From Selaginella moellendorffii (taxonomy: Eukaryota > Plantae > Lycopodiophyta), in contig NW_003314340.1 in NCBI RefSeq assembly GCF_000143415.4, positions 379,951-443,950 of the forward strand: a stretch of 64,000 nucleotides of DNA, written 5' to 3'. The notes under the pieces are model-generated. The model made no database searches and was not told where the DNA came from. It saw nothing but the letters and a program-made list of their open reading frames with translations. Each line of letters starts with the position of its first letter. The first letter of the stretch is position 1. Positions 1 to 12,704 of this stretch are shown in pieces. A program made the translations under genes and the position numbers.

Positions 1-1240
1 AACTATTTCCAAGTCGGCCATTGGGATATCTTTGAAGTGTCTAACGTGAATGCCATATGTGTACTCTTGCTTTCTCAATCTAAAATATTTTTGAATCTAA
101 ATATAAATGTTTCATAAATTTTTACCTGTACACAACCACAACTTGGCTAAATGTTGGTTCTTGTAGCTGCACTTTCTGGAAGAAATTCCTTATCCTGTTT
201 ATAATCCATTATTAGCTTAAGACAAAGCTAGAGAGCGTAGGAATTGAAGACCCACTTAATATCCTCAATGTGGATTCTCTCAACGTACTGTATTTTGTAT
301 TCTCCTTCTTCAATGTCCCCTGGCGCCAATTCCATTGGCGAGCTTTTGCTCCATTTCGATGTCCAACTGATTCACCAATGTATCATAAGTTTAATTGGAA
401 CTTAAAATATCTTACAATGATTCCAGTAGAGTTCTCCACAAGCTCCACCATAACACGCTAAGCTTTGGCATAAAATAGAATCCTTTCGAGGTGTCGATCC
501 CAACACCCCGGTGGTAAATCAAAAACTGCGATATTATTAGCATCGATGAAGTAGTGGTTAATAGTGACAAACTTACTAAGTTCTCAAACACGTTGTTTCC
601 CCCAGGAGCATTTTGTAGCAACTGGTTGTCTAGCTTTGATAGTTTGATAGAAATAATTGATCAAACTAGAAAGAAAAAAACTCACAAGATCACATTTTTA
701 GTACCTTGGATTTGTTGTAACCGATTTTAAACCGGAGGAGATACTTGCTGTGCTTGGCCTCACTCCACTCCTTCTCGGTTAGCTGCTGGAAATTGCATCT
801 CTCCAAAACCTGTCCATAAAATCGATTAAAAACCCAATCGATTTGGTAGTTGGTGTGTGCATAGATCTTGATCATACGCTGTGGAAGCTCTCGAGGAACT
901 TCTTCTCTAAATCCCTCACACCAGGCTCCGAGTCCTTGAGCTTGTTGGTTGCGTCCGTGGGATGGAAGCGTGTCTTGTGAAGTTCCTATCATGGTAACTC
1001 AGACCAATTCATGATAATGGATCGCAAGCTCACCAAAAGATCCCTTGAAGTTTTTTCATTCATCTTGGTGATGTCGTCTCTCATCACGGAGCACACATCT
1101 ATGAAAAATTGTGGCTCCTCGAGTCGATCTGTTCGTGGAGATCATGATCATGTCACACAAACTATAGCAAAACCGACTGATACCAGCTAGTTTTTGCACC
1201 AAAGTGGTGGTGTCGATCATAATCGCTGGTCCTCGCCGGA
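1..1240 (-). pseudogene. DUF3754-family gene, multi-exon, probably pseudogenised; runs off the left edge
   Basis: Minus-strand exons translate to KKFLESFHS|VLERCNFQQLTEKEWSEAKHSKYLL, IYHRGVGIDTSKGFYFMPKL, FFQKVQLQEPTFSQVVVVYR and YGIHVRHFKDIPMADLEIV, matching plant DUF3754 motifs (QEPTF..IIVVYR, HFKNIPMADLEIV). In-frame TGA TAG near 986-991. 5' boundary approximate. Confidence 0.65.
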
Positions 1241-1448
1241 CTCGCACCAATCTAGAAGACATTACACAAGATAGAAATCGTGAGTTCTCAAGTAAGTACA
1301 ACCAGATCTATACTACAAGGATCGGAGCTTTCGCTACTACAAGCAAAACTTTTCAGTAGATTAATTCCTACTTAATCTCAAAGCTAGCTGAATATTCCAG
1401 TGCTAGTATTAGATTAGAAGTAAAGATTCCAGTCGATTCTCCCACAAA

Positions 1449-1561
1449 CCGCGCTAAAACTGACGGCTCAGATCCGCCAAGTTAAACAAAGATTCCCGCG
1501 CTAAATCCGACGGCTCAGATCCATAGAGCCTTTAACGCCCGCTAAAACCGAGGGCTCAGAT
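1449..1561 (+). repeat. Three spaced copies of a ~25-bp motif CGCTAAA.C.GA(C/G)GGCTCAGAT in the HSP70 promoter
   Basis: Copies at 1449-1475, 1496-1522 and about 1539-1561. Confidence 0.75.
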
Positions 1562-1604
1562 GGGCCAGATCGATGGCCATCTATCCAACGGCTGGGCGCT
1601 GCTT

Positions 1605-1619
1605 TTTCTAGAATGTTCC
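1605..1619 (+). promoter_or_regulatory. Heat-shock element (nTTCnnGAAnnTTCn)
   Basis: tTTCtaGAAtgTTCc, three alternating pentamer units, 70 bp upstream of the HSP70 ATG; TTTAAAA follows at about 1638. Confidence 0.85.
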
Positions 1620-1688
1620 TAAGAACCAAGCCGGCCGTTTAAAAGTTCTTGTGTAGGGCTAGGGAAGAAGAGAGAGAGAGCTTTAGCT

Positions 1689-2672
1689 ATGGCAAAGGAA
1701 GGTCCGGCTGTCGGCATTGATCTGGGAACGACGTATTCTTGCGTCGGTGTGTGGCAGCATGATCGAGTGGAGATCATCGCGAATGATCAGGGTAACAGGA
1801 CGACGCCATCGTATGTGGCCTTCACCGACACGGAGCGGCTCATCGGCGATGCCGCGAAGAACCAGGTCGCCATGAATCCCATCAACACTGTCTTCGGTGA
1901 GTTCCTAGTAGATCTAGCTCTCGAAAATCGCGGCTCTAGGATCTAGTTTCATGTTTCCTTCGAAATCTTAGATCTAGGATCTAGCTTGCATCTAACTTGC
2001 CCGAGATAGCTGAAAGTTGAGCTTTTTCTTCCAGATGCCAAGCGTTTGATCGGGCGGCGATTCTCGGACTCTTCAGTCCAGAGCGACATCAAGCTATGGC
2101 CTTTCAAGGTTACTCCTGGCGCTGCCGAGAAGCCGATGATCACTGTCCACTACAAGGGCGAGGAGAAGACGTTCGCGGCCGAGGAGATCTCTTCCATGGT
2201 GCTGACCAAGATGAAGGAGATTGCCGAGGCCTTTTTGGGCGCCACTGTGAAGAACGCGGTCATCACGGTGCCCGCCTACTTCAATGACTCGCAGAGGCAG
2301 GCTACCAAGGACGCTGGTGTCATCTCGGGCATGAACATCATGCGGATCATCAACGAGCCCACCGCCGCGGCCATCGCTTATGGTCTAGACAAGAAGGCGA
2401 CGAGCGCCGGTGAGAAGAACGTCCTCATCTTCGATCTGGGTGGTGGAACGTTCGACGTGTCGCTGCTAACGATCGAGGAGGGGATCTTCGAGGTGAAGGC
2501 CACGGCCGGAGATACTCACTTGGGTGGCGAGGACTTCGACAACCGGATGGTGAACCACTTCGTCCAGGAGTTCAAGCGCAAGTATAAGAAAGATATCAGC
2601 GGCAATCCCCGGGCACTGAGGAGGCTGAGGACTGCTTGCGAGCGCGCGAAGAGGACGCTCTCGTCCACTGCC

Positions 2673-2704
<32 letters not shown>

Positions 2705-3794
2705 CGGCATCGACTTCAACACCACCATCACCCGGGCCAGGTTCGAGGAGCTCAACATGGATTTGTTCCGCAAGTGCATGGAGCCAGTGGAGAAATGCCT
2801 GAGGGACGCGAAGATGGACAAGAGCAGTATCCACGACGTTGTGCTCGTTGGCGGCTCCACCCGGATCCCGAAAGTCCAGCAGCTTCTCCAGGACTTTTTC
2901 AACGGCAAGGAGCTGTGCAAGAGCATCAACCCCGACGAGGCAGTGGCGTATGGAGCGGCCGTCCAGGCGGCGATCCTCAGCGGCGAGGGCAACGAGAAGG
3001 TCCAAGACCTCCTTTTGCTGGACGTGACGCCGCTCTCGCTGGGGCTGGAGACCGCCGGAGGAGTGATGACGGTGCTCATCCCGCGGAACACCACCATCCC
3101 GACGAAGAAGGAACAGGTGTTCTCGACGTACTCGGACAACCAGCCTGGAGTGTTGATCCAGGTGTACGAGGGCGAGCGGACGAGGACCCGGGACAACAAT
3201 CTCCTTGGCAAGTTCGAGCTCTCCGGGATCCCTCCGGCTCCCAGGGGTGTCCCGCAGATCACGGTGTGCTTCGACATCGACGCAAACGGCATTCTCAACG
3301 TCTCGGCCGAGGACAAGACGACTGGGCAGAAGAACAAGATCACCATCACCAACGACAAGGGCCGGCTGAGCAAGGACGAGATCGAGAAGATGGTGTCCGA
3401 GGCCGAGAAGTATAAGTCCGAGGACGAGGAGCACAAGAAGAAAGTGGAGGCGAAGAACGCGCTGGAGAACTACGCCTACAACATGAGGAACACGATCAAG
3501 GATGACAAGATCGCCGGGAAGTTGGAGGCTGATGACAAGAAGAAGATCGAGGAGGCGGTGGAGCAGGCGATCCAGTGGCTGGATCAGAACCAGCTGGGCG
3601 AGGCGGATGAGTTTGAGGACAAGATGAAGGAGCTGGAGAGTATCTGCAACCCGATCATTGCGCGGATGTACCAGGGCGCTGGCGGAGCTCCGGGTGATAT
3701 GCCCATGCCGGGCGCTGGAGCGTATCCGGGCGGAGGTGGCGGTGGCGGCGCTGGGGCTGGTGGCGCTGGGCCCAAGATTGAGGAGGTTGATTAA
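1689..3794 (+). CDS. HSP70: Cytosolic heat shock protein 70; exons 1689-1896 and 2035-3794, about 655 aa
   Basis: [17 protein letters not shown] and C-terminal GPKIEEVD motifs. One GT-AG intron (1897-2034) at the conserved plant position (NTVF/DAKR). Confidence 0.98.
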
Positions 3795-4415
3795 AGCCAC
3801 ACGAGGTTTTTTTTTTTTCTCTTGTTGTGGCAAACTTTGATTGGATCGATTCTATAATGCTATGATGGCAATCCATTTTTCTTTCCATGGGAGGTGGTCG
3901 CTCATTGGCTGCTCGAGCAAGTGTTTCACAGATAAAACAACGTCGTGTTGGACGCAGGGCATGGTAGGGTGGCTGCTCTCTCGCTTGCACCAGAGATATC
4001 TTCGCTGCAAATGTGGGAGGATTGAACGATGCATAGCTGGTCTTAAACTTGATTGGTCCACCTGCCATACGATGATGCTGGTATAACGAGCACAGCAGCA
4101 ACTGGACCTCTTGGAGGAGATGTTGGCACTGGCTCACCATTGTTGCTGCTGTCAGGATTCACAATTCCAACATCCAAGTGGGAATGCCAAAGAGATCATT
4201 GAAATCCATGGAGCAAACAACGCTTTGGAACGAAGCGAAGAATTTAAAGCCACACACCACACATGCATCGATTGGAATAAAGTAAACATTATAAATTGAA
4301 ATTTTTAAAAACCGTTTTAGCAAATTGATTTTTGTTGTTATTATCTTTTCCATACAATTCACAAAAAATCTTAGAATTCACAATAAATGAAATTTAAATG
4401 AAATGTTGGTGGATT

Positions 4416-4589
4416 TGTGAGTGCATGGAATATAGAAAGGGAATACAGAAATGTGCATATCAATTAACCCAAAAACCCTAGCTTATATACAGGAGCGAGT
4501 GGTCCAGATTGAAACCAATCCGACGGCTACCAAAATCCACTACGCTAATATTAGTATACGGCATCGTAGCCGTACACTTGGCCCTCACA
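4416..4589 (-). repeat. 3' LTR of gypsy copy 1
   Basis: Direct repeat of 9244-9417; preceded on the element strand by [18 protein letters not shown]. Confidence 0.95.
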
Positions 4590-4621
4590 TCATCCCCTCC
4601 TCTCGGAATAATGGAAGGCCG

Positions 4622-7600
4622 TCAGGGTTCTCTTGTAGATGGGCCGGGATCTGGAGGAACGTCAGGAGGAGGCATCGGTGGATCTGTAGACGGTATTAAT
4701 TGCTCCTGATCCCTCTGTATGAAGCGTTTTAACCGCTGCACATGCACAATCTCCGGAGGATTAGCCTGCTGAACGTCATGCCGAACCTCATAAACTTGTG
4801 GTCCAACTTGCCGCAACACCCGATACGGTCCTTTCCACTGCACAAGGAGCCCCTTAGATAAACCACGTACCGTAAGATGGGGAAAACGGACTAACACCAA
4901 ATCATCCACTTTGTACTCCGCTGGTGGACGATGATGGGAATTGTAGCGCCGTTGTTGTCCCACTTGTACGCGGCCTAAGTGTTCAGCAGACTCTGCTCGG
5001 ACAAGTGGAAGAATGCTTGTCAAATATTGATCCCATGACCTAGCATCAGGAGCTCGTGGCAATTGCGAAGGTAAACCTAGCTCTGTTGGTAATATTGGAT
5101 CATGACTATATAGAAGTTTATATGGTGAAGCACCAACAGAACTCTGCACCCCTATGACACCGAAGAGACGGCAAATAACCATCCCAATCCGAATGTTGAA
5201 AGTTCACATACTTCGCAATCATCCCTTTGAATGTTCGAACGAGCCGTTCCACCAGATCGTCTGATTGTGGATGATAAGCACTCGTAAAAGTGTGGCGTAT
5301 CCCCAACCGAGATGTCAAAACATGAAATACCTCAGCCATAAATGCAGGACCATTATCCGAAAGAATCCGTTCTGGACAAGAATGCTGGAACACCACTCGA
5401 TTGAGGAGGAAGTATCCAACAGCAGTTGCAGAGGCACTAGCAAGAGCACCAACTTCCACCCAACGAGTCAAGTAGTCAGAAGCAATAATAACATACTCAT
5501 TGCCAGTAGTCGATCGCAGAAAAGGTCCTATAAGATCAAATGCCACCAACTCAAACGGACGAGAAACTGCAATTGACTCCAACCGTCCTTCCGCAGCACA
5601 AGGGAGAGTATTACGAGCTTGGCACCAAACGCAGCTACGCACATACCGGATAATATCACGTTGCATCTCTGGCCAATAGAAAGATCTGCGCAACTTCTCG
5701 GTGACACGACGGTGTCCCATATGCCCACCTAGAATAGGAGAATCATGGTAGGCATGGAGAAACCGCGGAATAAACACCGAAGGCACCACCAGCCGTAAAT
5801 GAGCATCAGGATCCGTCCCCACAAAATAAAGAAGGCCATCTTCAAGGCGATATTGAGAATGTAAATGCCAAAAAGGCAAGTCATCAGCAAGTGATGCAGG
5901 ATTCTCAAACCCATCTCGAAGCCTTCGAATCCACGGCTCAATCTTTTGAGCCTCGCGAACCTCATCCAGAGAAGGTAGATCTTGCTCTACACCCTGTGGA
6001 CACTGAACGTCAAGGACAGCAACCGCCGACGGCACAGAATCCTCATCTAGAAAATCCACAGATGCTGGAACAACAGGTTTGTCAGAAACATGAGAAGTGA
6101 GTGGAGAAGGAAGAGGAGCTCGAGAAAGGGCATTAGCATCAGCCATAGAACTCCCTGGGCGATGAACAACATCGAAATCATATATCTGAAGCTTCAAAGC
6201 CCATCGAGCCGTACGACCAACCAGGTTCTTCCGCTTCAATAATGAAGTAACAGCAGCATGGTCACCTTCAAGTAACGTCCGAGAACCATGTAGATAGGCA
6301 TGAAGTTTCTCGAAACCCCAGACTGCTGCTAAACACTCCTTCTCCGTCGTGGAGTAGTTCATCTCCGCTGGTTGTAATGTACGGCTTATGTATGCAATGG
6401 GATGGCGCTGACCAGGCACACTCGAGCTCTCTTGCATCAACACACCTCCAAGACCAATGTCAGAAGCATCCACGCGCAAAATAAAAGGTCGAGTGTAGTC
6501 AGGATATGCCAAAACCGGAGGAGTCGTCAATAGCTCTTTGAGATTCACGAACGCCCGCTCACAATCGGGAGACCAGATGACAGATGACGTTGATGACTTC
6601 AGCAACGCTCGCAATGGTAAAGTGCGATCGGAAAGATGATCCACAAAACGACCGAGATACTGCACCTTACCCAAAAAGCGCTGCACATCATTCACACACT
6701 TCGGAGTAGGGAACTTTAGAACAGCCACAAGTTTGTCAGGATCAACTTGCAAACCCTCACGAGAAATACGGTACTCAAGATAAGTTGTGTCCTTGGACCC
6801 AAACACGCACTTCGACCACTTCAGCTTTAAACCAACGTCGCGTAGCCGATCCAACACTTTACAAACATCAAGAACATGCTCCTCCCACGTCCCCTCCGAG
6901 TGGATCAAGACATCATCAATGAAGTCAGCCGTCACCTCCGGCATATCGCAAAGAACCTCGTCCATCATTCGCTGAAAAGTTGCTGGAGCATTGTTCAAAC
7001 CAAACGGCATCACCAAAAACTCGTACAAACCAAATGGTGTACGAAAAGCAGTCTTAGGAATATCGTCTTCAGCCATCGGTACTTGCCAATACCCAGAAGC
7101 AAGATCTAGCTTGGTGAACCAACAACTTCGCCCCAGACGATCCAAGAGATCAGCAGTGTGAGGAAGAGGGTACACGTCCGGGATCATCACTTCATTTAAC
7201 GGACGATAGTCGATGCAGAAACGAATACTCCCATCAGGCTTCGTCACAAGATGAGGTTCACATGCCCAAGGACTCCGCGACTTCCGAATAACACCCTTCT
7301 CCAACATCTCCTTGACGTTTGCACGTAAAATCTTGATCTCCTTGGGTGACCGACGACGAACAGGAACCTTGATTGGACGAGCATCCCCGGTTGGAATGGG
7401 ATGACGTGTGGCAATCTTGGCCCCAGACGATAGGTCAAATTCAAAGAGATCAGAATACTCCTTCATGAGTTGGTCAACAGCTGCAACACAAAGATCATCG
7501 GAGGGATCGGAAAAGGGAAGAGCAGAACAAGATGGAAACACAAGAGGAAATAATGGGGGAACAAAAGTAATGGAAGCAGAGGTAGAAGTAGAGGGACGAA

Positions 7601-8102
7601 GAGGTACAGAAGTGAGAGGAATGGATGAAACATAAGGAAGTATGAGACAAGGGGGAAAAGCCTCAAAGTCACACTTGGCATGATTGTGCTGCAACCAATC
7701 CATACCAAGAATGAGGTCAAAAGCTTGACTCGGCACCACCCGCAACGACTGCAACTCAAGCTCGAGATCGCCCACACGCACAACCAGGTCCGCCTCATCT
7801 CGTGCACATGCATGTGTACGGCCGTTGCCATAAAGAATGAAAACTGGATCCGCCGCACGACGCAAGTGTAGACGACAATGTGTGGCAACAGGTCGAGCAA
7901 TAGAAGATAAACTCGAACCTGTATCAACCAACACGGAGAGAAGAATATGAGACCTCTTGTTATAAAAACGAGCTTGGAAAGTAAACACTGGATGAACCGG
8001 TGCCGAGTGAACCCCTTGATGATACTCCCGAAAGAAAGATGGAGGGGTCACTAACTTATTCGCGCAAGGTCCCTCCATTACTCGCGCGACTCCTCGTTTC
8101 CC
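4622..8102 (-). CDS. pol: pol (PR-RT-RNaseH-INT) of gypsy copy 1, in the -1 frame to gag; 8-nt deletion near 5160 breaks the integrase C-terminus
   Basis: LVDTGSS protease, KLDLASGYWQ and FIDDVLI RT, VDASDIGLG RNase H, HHCC zinc finger, SDNG integrase core, WKGPY motif in the shifted frame 4622-5182. Deletion seen against copy 2 (cggTATGCTTAtgtca). Confidence 0.93.
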
Positions 8103-9010
8103 GAATGCACCTTGGTATCCAAACCTTCCACCGCAGCAGCACCAACGGGACGTTGCTGACGCCAAGGTCTCCACCCAGGAAATGGAGGTCGCCAATCCGG
8201 AAAGCGCCGACAACGCCGATAAGTATGACCAACTTCATCACACGCCCAGCAACGAATGTCACGGCCACGACCACGTCCTTGCCCTTGTCCTTGGACTCGA
8301 GTAGCAGCAGCATCAACCTCCATGGGAACAGGACTATCACTCATAGGAAGTGGAGCTGAAGGACGTGTAGCAAGAAGTGGAAGAGGCGACGTCTCATAAC
8401 GTTGTGCCAAGCGAAGAGCATCGTCAAGAGTGGCAGGAGCAAGTGCATGCACAAGTCCGACAAGATCTTGACGAAGTGCTGGCCACAGCATTCCTAGCTT
8501 GATCCGCTCCGACATATTTGGCTCCGCACGAAGCAAAAGACTTCGGAAACAAACGCCAAATTGCATCACCGACTCAGATGGCCCTTGGCGAAGACGATGC
8601 AATTGTTGGAAGGCATCATCACAATTGTCGGCGTGTCCGAAGGCGCGTTTGAAGACGCCCGGAAGAACACTCCAATCGCCACGAGTAGCTGCGCTCAATC
8701 CATTGTACCACTGCAATGCCGTCCCTTGAAGACATGTGGGGAACTCACGCAAACGTCGAGCATCATCCCAAGAATGATATGTGGCAATCACCGTGAAGTG
8801 ATCGAACCAATGGTACACATCATCCCCAGGATTCCCACGAAAGAACTCCGGCCGAACGAGAGGATTGGCACCAAAAGCAGGAGGAGTTGTACCATGTGCC
8901 GTGAACGCCGCCATCAACTGAGTTTGGTTGTTCAATTGCAGGCACATAGCATCAAGCAATTGAACCAACTGCTGCTCTAGAGTCAAAGGAGGAGATTGCG
9001 GATCGGCCAT
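8078..9010 (-). CDS. gag: gag of gypsy copy 1, 310 aa, intact
   Basis: Capsid-like LQGTALQWY and LRQGPSESV, PVPMEVD motif, CCHC knuckle CWACDEVGHTYRRC. Confidence 0.93.
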   Translation of the reverse strand: MADPQSPPLTLEQQLVQLLDAMCLQLNNQTQLMAAFTAHGTTPPAFGANPLVRPEFFRGNPGDDVYHWFDHFTVIATYHSWDDARRLREFPTCLQGTALQWYNGLSAATRGDWSVLPGVFKRAFGHADNCDDAFQQLHRLRQGPSESVMQFGVCFRSLLLRAEPNMSERIKLGMLWPALRQDLVGLVHALAPATLDDALRLAQRYETSPLPLLATRPSAPLPMSDSPVPMEVDAAATRVQGQGQGRGRGRDIRCWACDEVGHTYRRCRRFPDWRPPFPGWRPWRQQRPVGAAAVEGLDTKVHSGNEESRE

Positions 9011-9226
9011 GAAAATGAATGAGAAAGAAAGAGCAAAAGAAGAGAAATGACAAAAAGCTGGAAAGAAATGGTAGATCTAGACAATGCAAAAAGCTAGATA
9101 TAAACCAAAATCCTGAAAGGAAAGAACAAAAGAAAGGAAATGGAAAAAGCTAGATCTAGACAATGCAAAAGCTAGATCTAAACCGAAATCCCAAATCCAA
9201 GCACTCCCCAGGGACAATCAAAGTTG

Positions 9227-9242
9227 CCCCTCACCTCCACCA
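9227..9242 (-). promoter_or_regulatory. Primer-binding site complementary to the tRNA-Ala 3' end
   Basis: TGGTGGAGGTGAGGGG (copy 2: TGGTGGAGATGAGGGG) one base after the 5' LTR. Plant tRNA-Ala ends ...CCCCGCATCTCCACCA. Confidence 0.8.
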
Positions 9243-9243
9243 A

Positions 9244-9417
9244 TGTGAGTGCATGGAATATGGAAAGGGAATACAAAAATGTGCATATCAATTAACCCAA
9301 AAACCCTAGCTTATATACAGGAGCGAGTGGTCCGGATTGAAACCAATCCGACGGCTACCAAAATCCACTACGCTAATATTAGTATACGGCATCGTAGCCG
9401 TACACTTGGCCCTCACA
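9244..9417 (-). repeat. 5' LTR of gypsy copy 1
   Basis: TG..CA termini, TATATAA box, followed by the PBS. Confidence 0.95.
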
Positions 9418-9659
9418 GATTGAAATTTTTTTAAAAAATTAAAACTTAAATTTTAAGGCCTTAGGCCATTGAACAAAAGAATAAACTTAAACTTTTAAAT
9501 ATAAAACCTCTCGCAGTAGAGCGGCAGTGATTTCTCGGAAGGGAGCTCCAGCTGCTACTTCTTGACGATCTTCTTTTGCGACTGTGAGCACCAGCTAAAG
9601 GAGGTGAACGTCATGAGAACGATCTGCTCATCAGTGAAGGACATAGGAGTGGATGAGAG

Positions 9660-9990
9660 GAACTTATGGCGGTGACTTTGAAGCTCCTGGATCACTGTTG
9701 AGGGGACACTTGCAGGAGATGGTCACGTCTTTGACACACCGGTTTGATTCGCTTCTCGAAAGGACCCCGCCGAGCGCTGTGTCCGGTGAAACTTGAAATG
9801 GCCGCCAGCCTCGTAAAACAGCAGCTTGACGTCGAGCTCCAGAGCAGTGGAATCCAGCCCGAGTCCAGCAGTCGCGAGCGACGGACGAGAATAAGTTTGG
9901 CACCTCTGGGCCGGGATTGATCTGCCAACCTCATCCGTGACTCTCTCCAAGGCCGTGTGGAGCTCGGACAGATCGCCATTGGAAACACAC
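9660..9990 (-). pseudogene. Fragment of a 2OG-Fe(II) oxygenase-like gene
   Basis: KLLFYEAGGHFKFHR resembles the KLLLYxxGGHFxxHRD motif. No intact long ORF; boundaries approximate. Confidence 0.45.
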
Positions 9991-10204
9991 TACAAACTTT
10001 CTAGGGTTTATCAGCAATTCAACGGTCAGATTTTAGTATATTCTAACGCACTAAATTCTTAGAATATTCTTATTTAAAGAATATACTTTAGTGCAGATTG
10101 CTATCAGTAGTATCCTTCTTCCAGATTGATTCAATGCGGCCTTATTGAATGAAGTTTATACTTACATGTGGCGCACCGAGACTACCAGATAGAATGCCAA
10201 TGCG

Positions 10205-12004
10205 TCATTCCCACTCCCCCCAATCCTGAGATATAGAAAACACACACAAAAAAAAACTAGAGCTTTGACGATGGCAAAAGCTAAAACGATGTGTACCTCG
10301 TCTGTAGTTTCTCCAGTCTTGCGTTTCGCAGCATCCTGAGGATGATCCTCGTTCTTTGCGTCCTTCTTCTCACTGCGAAGTAACGAAAGGTTTTGCCAGA
10401 TTCGATCGATACACGCGAATGGAGGGTCGTCCTTTACCTGTGAAGTGAGGATTGTGGAGTATCAGAGGCCAAAGTTTCCCTGTCTTCTTGAACGACAAGC
10501 CACTCGCTGCTTGTGCTGTTGTCACTCCTGACTTCATCCTCTGTGACGCTCTCTGCAAATGCGAAATCAACGGGAGTAAAAGGCGGAGATGTTGCTTGCA
10601 CCTCTTGGAAGCGCTGGAGTGTTGGGACTGAGGTCATCCTCTGGAACACGCTGGCTCTGATCATTTTCTTCGTCAACTTCCCAGCTCAGATCTTCCTCCA
10701 CGGCATTTGCTCCTGCGCAACGAGTGAGTATCATATGAAAAACTCCTACGCTTACTCTTAACAAGGTCTGCTCTAGCATCCTCCGCTTGCTGTAGCTTAT
10801 TCACGCGATAGAAATAACGGGTCCAGAATGTCTCGTGGTCGACGCTCGTCGGAACTGGCAGAAAGCATCGTCAGGTCGTGTGTCAAAGGCATAGCAAGCC
10901 CACCTATTCTCGCATGAATCTCTTGAATAAAAGGATTCTCTTCCATTAGAAGTTCTACTTCACCTTTCCTGCCATTAAGACTCAGTCGATCCGTCGCTCA
11001 ATTGCTTAAGAAAAACTCACCTGTTATCGAGATCGAAGGTTGATTTCCAAACGGCATAGTCCTCTCGATCCTCTGGTTCCTCGCAGTACGTGCTGTTGTC
11101 ACACTGCAGTGCATGAAGCTGGAAGGAAGAAAAGCGTCAGAATTGGAATCTTACGGAAAAAGCAACTTACTTGAGCCTCGTATCTTCTGTACATCCCCTT
11201 CCTTGAAAAAAAGACAGTGATTGTTTAACATACGAAACAGCGAAACGTACCCGCTGGAAAGAGGGGTGGAGCTAGCCTCTGAATTTTCAGTAACATCCTC
11301 GTCCACTTTTTTCACAGCTTCCTTCACTTGGCCGATAAGGTCCGCTGTTCTGCCAGGAAATAGTGTCAGGGCAATCTTAGAAACAAGCAGCGCTTACCCT
11401 CGCCAAACCGAGCTTCCAAAATCTTCTAGTTTCTGGCCAACAGCTTCAAGTGATTCCTGAGCAGCCAAGCTCCATCAAAAATCGTTTTGGTAGAAAGCTT
11501 TTCGATTTTACCTGAGCAACAGCAGCAGTGCTTTCCAAGGAAATTGGGAGATCCTTCACGGCATGAGCTGTGACCTCCGCAGCAACAGTTGTCTCGCGCT
11601 TTAATCCGATGCCAAACTCTTGCAAGTCACGCTGATACGCTTGCAAGACTTCCTCCGACTGAAAGACAAAGACAAAGGAACAAGGAAAAGCTTTTAAGTT
11701 CACGCGAAACTTGCGAGAGCCTTACCTTGGACGTCAAAGACTTCACCAAGCTTCCAAAGCTCCAAGCGCTGCAGAGAATGGAACGACACAGCCATTAAGC
11801 TGGATAAAATCGCTGGATCGCGGCTCAAATTTACCTCGACTGCCACGAGTTAGTTCCTCCCTCCGATTGCTCCTGAGAAGAACGAGAAAACGAGGATCAA
11901 GCAGCTGGAAATCCCAAATGTAGACTGATTTGGCACGCGCCAGGTCGGATTTCTCCGGCAATTCGCATGCATGGGAGGCAGAATCGCGCGAGGCTACTCA
12001 CCAT
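10205..12004 (-). CDS. BSD-domain-containing protein, multi-exon
   Basis: Spliced exons give M|EQSEGGTNSWQS|SAWSFGSLVKSLTSK|SEEVLQAYQRDLQEFGIGLKRET, FWTRYFYRVNKLQQAEDARADLVK, EEDLSWEVD and terminal DWGEWE*, all typical of plant BSD proteins. Confidence 0.88.
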
Positions 12005-12704
12005 TGTGGCGGGCGATGGATGGATCGCGCTCGAGCATGTCCCGCCCTCACAGGCGCTGCCCTAAAACCCCAACTTTGATAGAAGGACGCGCCGTGCACA
12101 CTTCGATGGGCCAGAGGTCACAATCTTCCGTACAATAAATAGTTCCTCTAGGGCAAGTTTGTGGAGGCGAGGCAATCGATCGACCTAGGTATGAGAATGC
12201 AGCGCCAGATCTCGAGATAGATCGCGATCGCCGCATTGTAGAAGGATCAAGCAAGTCTTAGTTCTTTAGAGAGAATTCCAGGGGATTTCAACCATTTCTC
12301 GATCGTGCCGGCGACAGGAACTTTAGCTTTGAAGGATAGTGGCCTTCTGGGACGATCGAGAAGGAAGGAGGGAAAAAGGAAGCTTTGGACGGATCGATCT
12401 GGAAGAAAAGGAGAAGAATTAGAGTCTTCTTTGGAAGATAACTTTTTGCTTGAACGCGGTGCTTTGGGACGCGACAACGATATTGCTTTGCTGCCGCTCG
12501 CTTTTCCAAGGCCCTGCGTTTTTTGACACGGTGGTCCTCGTCCACGCAGCTCCACGTCAAAGGTAATCGCTGGTCAGCTTTTTCGCCGTGGAAACTTGAG
12601 AACTTGCAGCTCGAGGTAGAGTTTATCTTGTTCGTGCTCACTGAGTTCGCCGTCCACACAGGAAGTATCAAGTTAAAATACGAGAAAGGAGGATTTTTGG
12701 CTCG

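Larger units (their letters stand above)
4416..9417 (-). mobile_element. Ty3/gypsy LTR retrotransposon, copy 1 (no chromodomain), full length, integrase frameshifted
   Basis: 174-bp TG..CA LTRs at 4416-4589 and 9244-9417 with 3 differences. 4-bp TSD GATT (4412-4415 / 9418-9421). PBS 9227-9242, PPT 4590-4604. Domain order gag-PR-RT-RH-INT. Confidence 0.97.

Noticed and set aside
2466-3833. 455-aa and 306-aa ORFs antisense to HSP70
   Set aside because: Long antisense frames are a familiar by-product of GC3-rich codon usage in HSP70 genes; no independent motifs.
3860-4260. Possible PPR fragment (KCGRIE, LDLLEEM) after HSP70
   Set aside because: Too short and broken to support a call.
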